The notes under the pieces were generated by a model. That model ran no database searches. It was given only the letters and a program-made list of their open reading frames with translations, and was not told the origin of the DNA. DNA of 64,000 bases from Thermodesulfobacteriota bacterium (GTDB taxonomy: Bacteria > Desulfobacterota > Binatia > Bin18). Shown one piece after another: positions 58,343-64,000 of the stretch. Each line of letters begins with the position of its first letter. Position 1 is the stretch's first letter. A program made the translations under genes and the position numbers. The DNA lies in the NCBI GenBank assembly GCA_964291405.2, contig OZ219926.1:160001-224000 (forward strand), in the 5' to 3' direction.

Positions 58343-58676
58343 CGGCTGCCCTCCTGGTTTCAGGCTGCTCGTCTGGGAGTTGGAGCTTGGTTTCTATGAC
58401 ACGCAATCGGGGCTTACGCTTGATGCGAATAGCCGGACCCGTTTCCGGCGACCCGCGTCCGTCCGTCTCCACACCTTTCGATGCTGGCCACAAAACCACC
58501 AGCCAGTAACAGACAAACGCTAAGATACTCGCGGTAATGACGGGCGGGGCTATTTCAGAGATATTCATACCGTGCGCATACACGGGAGAAGGAAACAGAG
58601 ACAGGCCGGCAAGAAGAGCCATGAGCACAGAGCAGACTCTTCCGTATTGGGCGGGCTGCTGAGGTTCGAAAGACAT
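58335..58676 (-). CDS. Small membrane protein of unknown function between xmoA and xmoB
   Basis: RBS GAGGT, signal-like segment ending VYA-HGM, one TM helix, charged tail; stop overlaps the xmoB start. Confidence 0.7.
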   Translation of the reverse strand: MSFEPQQPAQYGRVCSVLMALLAGLSLFPSPVYAHGMNISEIAPPVITASILAFVCYWLVVLWPASKGVETDGRGSPETGPAIRIKRKPRLRVIETKLQLPDEQPETRRAADG

Positions 58677-58695
58677 ACCGCACCTCATATTTGTC

Positions 58696-59499
58696 TCACA
58701 CAGTTTTCAGATAGCGCCGAATCGGCCACACCGCCAGATACCGACCAATAAACTGACCGATCCAGTAGCCAGCAAAAGCCGCCGTTCCAGCAAAGGCCAG
58801 CGAAACGTATTGCGTCTCACCCAGGAAACTACGCAACGCGCCGCGTTCAATCAGCCGGAGGTATTCTGGAGTTTGAGAGCGGATATAGGCAATACCCTGA
58901 ACATCAGCAACCGTCACCACATGGTCCATAAAATAGGCCGGCTGGAGAAAGGCAGCTAGGGGGACGTAATTATAGGCCCACACCGCAATCGCCCACACGT
59001 GGGCGCCGATCAGCGAGGTGAGGATAAAACTCTTGGTCTTCATTAAGGTCCAGTCCATCAAGATCCCGGCGCAGACGACGGAGGCAGGCCACACGAAGTT
59101 CATAGGGTAGGTCGCTGCGAGGTCCCACTGAAAATACCGCCCAACCCAAGCCGCAAAAAACAAGCAACACGCAGTGTAGGTCGCACCAGTCGGAAAGCGC
59201 CAAGCCGTCCACTGGATGTATTGCAGCGTCGAGGGAATAATGATCGTGGCAAAGGCCGTGACCACAGGCCACCACTGTGGGTCTTTCCAATCTGTCCAGA
59301 AATCCCAGTCACCGGCAAATAACTGCTTGGTGATATCAGCGGCACCTGCTACCACAAAAACCGCCGTAGTCCAGAAGACAAGGTCCCACTTCCAATCAAC
59401 CCATTTATATTTCTTGTTGAGCAGTTCTTTGAGTTCGAGCCGCCGTTGCCGTTCCGCCGCATCTGCGATGTCGGTTACGGTTGTGGTTTCCGTCGCCAT
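58696..59499 (-). CDS. xmoA: Copper membrane monooxygenase subunit A (PmoA/AmoA family), divergent
   Basis: GDWDFWTDWKD, RFPTGAT, YPMNFVWP, ADVQG..YIRSQTPEYLRLIERGALRSF. Confidence 0.95.
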   Translation of the reverse strand: MATETTTVTDIADAAERQRRLELKELLNKKYKWVDWKWDLVFWTTAVFVVAGAADITKQLFAGDWDFWTDWKDPQWWPVVTAFATIIIPSTLQYIQWTAWRFPTGATYTACCLFFAAWVGRYFQWDLAATYPMNFVWPASVVCAGILMDWTLMKTKSFILTSLIGAHVWAIAVWAYNYVPLAAFLQPAYFMDHVVTVADVQGIAYIRSQTPEYLRLIERGALRSFLGETQYVSLAFAGTAAFAGYWIGQFIGRYLAVWPIRRYLKTV

Positions 59500-59563
59500 G
59501 CGCACTTCCTCTCTGCACGAGGATTTTCGATCCGTTTATCGACCAAAGCCCACACCGCCGTTA

Positions 59564-60412
59564 TTAGTCGGCGGCGATCGGCGACTCAAGCGAGGCTTCC
59601 GGGTTCGTATCCTCTTCGATCTTCTCTATCTCGAACATGCGCACCAGCGTCTCGCCCCACACGGCAAACATGCCTGCCGCAAGCCAGCCATAAATCACAA
59701 ACGGCCAGTGGAATGGAACAGAGAAAATTTCCTCGGAGATCCACAGGCTGTGGCCCCATTCATTTGCGGCAACCGCCATGCATTCGAGCACACAGGCGCT
59801 GATCAGCAGAAAGAACGACCAGGGAAATCCTTTGTCTCTTCCGTACAGCGCAGGAATATGGAACCGCCCGTAGATATAGGTCCCAACGGCCAATATGACC
59901 GAGAGGGGGAAGAAAAAGTAGAACATCGGGATATGGGTCGGGGTGAATGCCGTGTCACGAACCATGGTTTGGTGCCACGATCCATCCCAGTTCGGCCAGA
60001 AGCTGGCCATCAGATAGATAGCCAGACTCGTCGCGCCAATGAGGCTCCACAAAATCGCAATCCGGCGCGTCTCTTCGGCGGGTGAGCATTCTTGTCCTTC
60101 AATGGCCCGGCCATTCCGGATGAGCCAGCCCAACCACACACCGCTGAATATGCCTAAGACAATCAGTTCACCCCAGAACAGCGTCCAGTAATACATCGTG
60201 AATTCAGCGCTTGCTGAGTTCAGTCCGGCGGAGAACATAAAGGCGTAGTTCCAGTACCAGAAAAAAACATTGGCCAGCATGATCAGCCCGCACCCCCAGA
60301 AGAGAGGGTGCCAGCCGACTGACCAATCAGTCGGATTGGCCGGGTTGCCAGTTGTCATGGAACCATCGCCGGAACCTTTTGGTGCATTTTGTACTGCTTG
60401 CGCCTGAGCCAT
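59564..60412 (-). CDS. xmoC: Copper membrane monooxygenase subunit C (PmoC/AmoC family), divergent
   Basis: GLNS.S.EF..YW, DGSWHQTMVRDTAFTPTHI, NEWGHSLW..EE.F..PFHW.FV. Confidence 0.95.
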   Translation of the reverse strand: MAQAQAVQNAPKGSGDGSMTTGNPANPTDWSVGWHPLFWGCGLIMLANVFFWYWNYAFMFSAGLNSASAEFTMYYWTLFWGELIVLGIFSGVWLGWLIRNGRAIEGQECSPAEETRRIAILWSLIGATSLAIYLMASFWPNWDGSWHQTMVRDTAFTPTHIPMFYFFFPLSVILAVGTYIYGRFHIPALYGRDKGFPWSFFLLISACVLECMAVAANEWGHSLWISEEIFSVPFHWPFVIYGWLAAGMFAVWGETLVRMFEIEKIEEDTNPEASLESPIAAD

Positions 60413-60462
60413 GCCTATTCCTCCTCGATAGTAATAACGATGTTACTGTATACTCTCTTTCT

Positions 60463-61035
60463 TTATTTCACCAGTTCTTCTCTACCCCGAGCAGTGATCT
60501 TATAACGAATCACCGAGACCGCAAGAACGATAACCACTCCAAGGGTAATCAGCGCTGGTCCGACTAAGGCCTTATACCATGCCGCAACCTGAAAGGGAAA
60601 TGCAAATTTGCGCGGTTCACGTTCATCAGCAAGTCCGAGCATCACACGCACTTCGTAGCGTAGCCCTGCCTTGACAACGACTTCAGCGTTGGCCACGCCA
60701 CGTTCATATACTTGGAAAGGCAGGGACAGGACCGTATTCGACTGTCCGGGCTCATCTGAGGCAACGAGTTCAACACCGAACGGCATTTCCCACAGGTCGG
60801 GCGTCACGTCCACGACCAGGAAGGCATTCCCCACACGCGGGATTTCCTCACAATACTCCGTAACCGGGTCGAATTGAGTCTGATAAAACGTAATATGCAA
60901 GAGCGAAGCACCGACCTCCCGTCGGCATGGGTCTCCAGGCCCCCTGTCTCGATGCGCCCAGGATGACGCGGGAAGCACCAGGCAAAGCGTCACTACTACA
61001 GCGAGAAGAGAGGAGATTCGGCGAGTTCGTCTCAT
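60463..61035 (-). CDS. PmoD/AmoD/AmoE-family protein (upstream copy)
   Basis: Signal then HRD..DPC...HITFYQ...EYCEEIP..G...LVVD; C-terminal TM helix. Confidence 0.78.
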   Translation of the reverse strand: MRRTRRISSLLAVVVTLCLVLPASSWAHRDRGPGDPCRREVGASLLHITFYQTQFDPVTEYCEEIPRVGNAFLVVDVTPDLWEMPFGVELVASDEPGQSNTVLSLPFQVYERGVANAEVVVKAGLRYEVRVMLGLADEREPRKFAFPFQVAAWYKALVGPALITLGVVIVLAVSVIRYKITARGREELVK

Positions 61036-61124
61036 CGGTCGGTTCTTACAGAATTTCGGCATTGACCAAAGGCCCTGAGATAGCAGGATGAAAGAGTAGG
61101 GACAACTCCAGAACATAGCATTAT

Positions 61125-61970
61125 CTAAGGAAGGGAACGATCAATATCCATAAAGAACGAGAGGAGGACCGTATTGAGCGGGGGCCACTGCCGATGGGTA
61201 CCAGTTCCTTCACAGTATATGGTTTTGCTATTTGTCCTACATCCTGAGTAAGCCACACAGCCATTTTCATCCTTCTCAACCGAACCGGACTGACACTCGT
61301 TACACGCAGCCAGCCAGGAAGCCGCCTCAGCCCCGTAGCCGGGGAAAAGATGGTCGTTAGCACTGTGCATAATCAGAACAGACAATGCTTCGGGACACGA
61401 GAAGGTTTCGAGGTCGGTCCGTCTGAACCCGGCGGCGCTCGGCGCCACCGCTGTCGGGATATGGCGTGTCTCGTCTAAAAGCGCGAGGGCCAGGGCAACC
61501 GTGCCACCATCAGAGTGACCGGTCAGATAGACCCGCCCTTCATCAACACACCACTTTTTGGCGATAAGTCGCGGGATCGTACCGAGTTCGGGAATAACTT
61601 CAAGCGAAAGGCGGCGTGAGTCGGCATAGACGACAACGAAGCCCGCCGTCGTTGCCGCAAAAGTCAGGTCTGTCAGGCGCTCGGAGCGAAAACGACTTGA
61701 GCCTGCCGGGGCATAGACCATGATGAGGGGGTGGAGAATGCCTGGGTTGTAGTTGGCGGGCGTCCGAACCATATATTTAATCCCGTGTTCGGTCTGCTCG
61801 TCGTTACTCAGCCCACCCGAGCCGCTCCGCTCGCCGAGCGGACACGGCCCAGTGCTGAGGGCATGGTCATATTCGTACCGGCCTAACTTCGGGGGTTCGC
61901 TTGGCAGTCCAGAACACCCCCAGAGGACGAGCACAACGAGACAGAGCGTCCGGCACTGGGGCCTACTCAT
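61125..61970 (-). CDS. Alpha/beta hydrolase lipoprotein (PHB depolymerase/esterase-like)
   Basis: Lipobox LWGC, VRTPANY, YLTGHSDGG, HSAND, H.QWP. Confidence 0.8.
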   Translation of the reverse strand: MSRPQCRTLCLVVLVLWGCSGLPSEPPKLGRYEYDHALSTGPCPLGERSGSGGLSNDEQTEHGIKYMVRTPANYNPGILHPLIMVYAPAGSSRFRSERLTDLTFAATTAGFVVVYADSRRLSLEVIPELGTIPRLIAKKWCVDEGRVYLTGHSDGGTVALALALLDETRHIPTAVAPSAAGFRRTDLETFSCPEALSVLIMHSANDHLFPGYGAEAASWLAACNECQSGSVEKDENGCVAYSGCRTNSKTIYCEGTGTHRQWPPLNTVLLSFFMDIDRSLP

Positions 61971-62109
61971 CAATATAGGGCGACAGCCGCGTCTCTCCGC
62001 TTGTCCCACTGGCCCTCTCCTGCTTGCCGCGTCAATACGTCTCAGTTTATACTGCAAAAGTTCTCATCCTGCTCTATCTGAGGGAACAGCACTTGGTAAG
62101 GAGGGATAT

Positions 62110-63225
62110 ATGCTCTCAGTTTTTTCAGCCCCAAGCCACTACGTACAGGGGAGGAACGCCACCGCGGCCCTAGGAACGGAAATGCAGCGCATCGGCCTAC
62201 GGGGGCCAGCGTGTATTGTTGCCGGGAAAAGTGCCATTCGGCTGCTTTCAGAAGTCTGGCAGAAACATTTGAACGATGCCGGCATCACCCATGTCGTCCA
62301 CCAGTTCGGGGGAGAGTGCTCCTATCCTGAAATCGAGCGTATCAAAGAAACAGCACGAGAGAATAAGGCTCAGGTCATTATTGGAGCGGGCGGTGGCAAG
62401 GTCTTGGACGCGGCCCGGGCCGCGGCAGACGACCTTGATCTTCCCGTCGTCAACTGTCCGAGCATTGCCTCAAGTGACGCACCGTGCAGCGCGCTGTCGG
62501 TGATCTATACCCCCGAGGGGGTATTCCAGGAATATCGCTTTTATCGAAAAAACCCAGACTTGGTTGTCGTGGATACCTATGTTGTCGCCCAAGCTCCAGC
62601 CAGGCTGCTTGTGGCCGGGATGGGAGATGCGCTGGCCACGTGGTTCGAGGCTAAAACCTGTGTTGCCGGCCACGTCCAGAATATGCGTGGTGGAGCCTCA
62701 ACGCGCAGCGCCGAAAAGCTGGCGGAGCTGTGTTACAACATCTTGGTTGAGGACGGCCCGGATGCCAAACGGGCCGTGGAACGGCATGTTGTCAATCCAG
62801 CCCTGGAGCGGCTGGTAGAAGCCAACACCCTGCTGTCGGGTTTGGGCTTCGAGTCCTCGGGCCTTGCCGCGGCCCATGCCATCCATAATGGTCTCACCGC
62901 AGCTCCACTCACCCATCCGTACTATCACGGGGAAAAAGTCGCCTATGGCCTGATGGCCCAGTTGGTGCTCGAAGGTCAGCCACGCTCGGTTATCGATCCG
63001 GTGCTGGAGTTTTCATCCGCGGTCGGTCTGCCCATCACTCTGGCCGAGATTGGGCTCAGCGAATTCTCAGAGGATATGCTTGAACAAGTCGCAGCGCGGG
63101 CGACCGCGGAAGGCGAAACCATCCATAACGAACCGTTTGACGTCCAGCCCGACATGGTTGCCGACGCCATTCTGGCCGCGGATTCGATGGGCCGCGCCTG
63201 GCAGGCCACGCACGAGGCACAGTAA
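62110..63225 (+). CDS. gldA: Glycerol dehydrogenase
   Basis: PSHYVQG, FGGECS, GGGKVLD, DAPCSALSVIY, GDALATWFEA, GLAAAHAIHNG, HGEKVA; start refined to ATG 62110. Confidence 0.93.
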   Translation: MLSVFSAPSHYVQGRNATAALGTEMQRIGLRGPACIVAGKSAIRLLSEVWQKHLNDAGITHVVHQFGGECSYPEIERIKETARENKAQVIIGAGGGKVLDAARAAADDLDLPVVNCPSIASSDAPCSALSVIYTPEGVFQEYRFYRKNPDLVVVDTYVVAQAPARLLVAGMGDALATWFEAKTCVAGHVQNMRGGASTRSAEKLAELCYNILVEDGPDAKRAVERHVVNPALERLVEANTLLSGLGFESSGLAAAHAIHNGLTAAPLTHPYYHGEKVAYGLMAQLVLEGQPRSVIDPVLEFSSAVGLPITLAEIGLSEFSEDMLEQVAARATAEGETIHNEPFDVQPDMVADAILAADSMGRAWQATHEAQ

Positions 63226-63283
63226 GACGCGCGAAGGGGGCAGGCAAACGCAACGCCAGAGATATTCTCTCGCGCAGACGCGC

Positions 63284-64000
63284 TTAGCTGTCGCCCCTCC
63301 CCTCCTCAAATACCAGCTTGCCCTCGCGCTCCTGGGCCTCAATCAAGGCCCGCACGTCAGGTGACAAACTGATAGTACGCGAGTCTGGGAATTTTCCTTC
63401 TTCGAGCGGGGGCCGCAGATAGAATTCGTCCGGTGAGTTGAGACTCATCAGACCCTTGGGCGGTACAAGGAACCATTCGCGGCGCATAAATCCGGAGCTG
63501 AAGAAGATATTTTTGTCTTCCTCTGACCACGTCTGTGGGACAAATCCGTGGATCGAAGCGGACAGGAAGTCAATAGACACATCCCACCACAAGTCAAACT
63601 GGACCGCATAGCCATGTTCTTTCAGAGTTGGATTGGCCAGGGTCGCAATCCGGGTATTCACAAAACTCAGCTGCCCCTGTCGGTCATATTCTTCCATCCG
63701 CAAAGGAAAGAACGCATATTGATCAACCCAGTAAATCAGCTTATGGGCGTAGTAGTCACGCAGCCATTCGGCCTTTGGTATGGCTTCGAGCACATAACAT
63801 TTGACCCCACCGTCTGCGGTATAAAGCGGGTATTCTTTGCCCATGAGAGAGAGGTCCTGGGCGGCAACTTCAATATACTGCCCTTTCTCGTCGGTCAGCA
63901 CGGCTGTTTGGCGCGTCTTGGGAAAACGCACCGTCTGATACAGAATATCCGTCCCGAGGATGCGCCACGAGAATTCCCAGGCATCCCGTCCGATCAAATT
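63284..64000 (-). CDS. DUF1329-like protein, C-terminal part truncated at window edge
   Basis: GRDAWEFSWRILG, CYVLEAIP, K.IYWVD...FFPLR.EEYDRQG.L resemble the DUF1329/LolA-like fold. Confidence 0.6.
   Translation of the reverse strand, partial: NLIGRDAWEFSWRILGTDILYQTVRFPKTRQTAVLTDEKGQYIEVAAQDLSLMGKEYPLYTADGGVKCYVLEAIPKAEWLRDYYAHKLIYWVDQYAFFPLRMEEYDRQGQLSFVNTRIATLANPTLKEHGYAVQFDLWWDVSIDFLSASIHGFVPQTWSEEDKNIFFSSGFMRREWFLVPPKGLMSLNSPDEFYLRPPLEEGKFPDSRTISLSPDVRALIEAQEREGKLVFEEGRGDS

Noticed and set aside
57082-60412. Calling the enzyme pMMO or AMO (methanotroph or nitrifier)
   Set aside because: Sequences are too divergent at diagnostic positions and no hao, mxa or C1 genes are in the window; substrate cannot be assigned from sequence.
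61753-62109. N-terminal extension of glycerol dehydrogenase (490-aa ORF)
   Set aside because: It overlaps the opposite-strand hydrolase; GldA homology and an RBS (GAGGG) begin at ATG 62110.

Overview
Gene-dense, roughly 55-60% GC bacterial chromosome segment. The gene content resembles deltaproteobacterial or Binatota-type genomes (inference only). Left to right: (1) catabolic genes including a tungsten-type aldehyde oxidoreductase operon, a Rieske oxygenase module, a BrnTA toxin-antitoxin pair and glutathione reductase; (2) a molybdenum hydroxylase operon with two tandem large subunits, divergent from DUF917 and hydantoinase genes; (3) housekeeping genes: dciA-like, nrdJ with an NrdR box, hpnABG, trxA, mreBCD-mrdA-rodA, ppiD; (4) a selenocysteine peroxiredoxin missed by the ORF track, larC plus a Ni transporter, a CusF-like protein, LLM oxidoreductases and adk. 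The most notable feature is a minus-strand cluster at about 52.2-62.0 kb built around a highly divergent copper membrane monooxygenase (xmoC-xmoA-unknown small gene-xmoB). It is flanked by two PmoD-family genes and followed by a membrane-anchored two-domain multicopper oxidase, a cupredoxin and a predicted lanthanide-type PQQ alcohol dehydrogenase; xmoB has a 1-bp frameshift near its 3' end. There is also an unexplained structured non-coding region downstream of nrdJ. No rRNA, tRNA, CRISPR array or transposase was recognised. All calls come from motif recognition without database searches.
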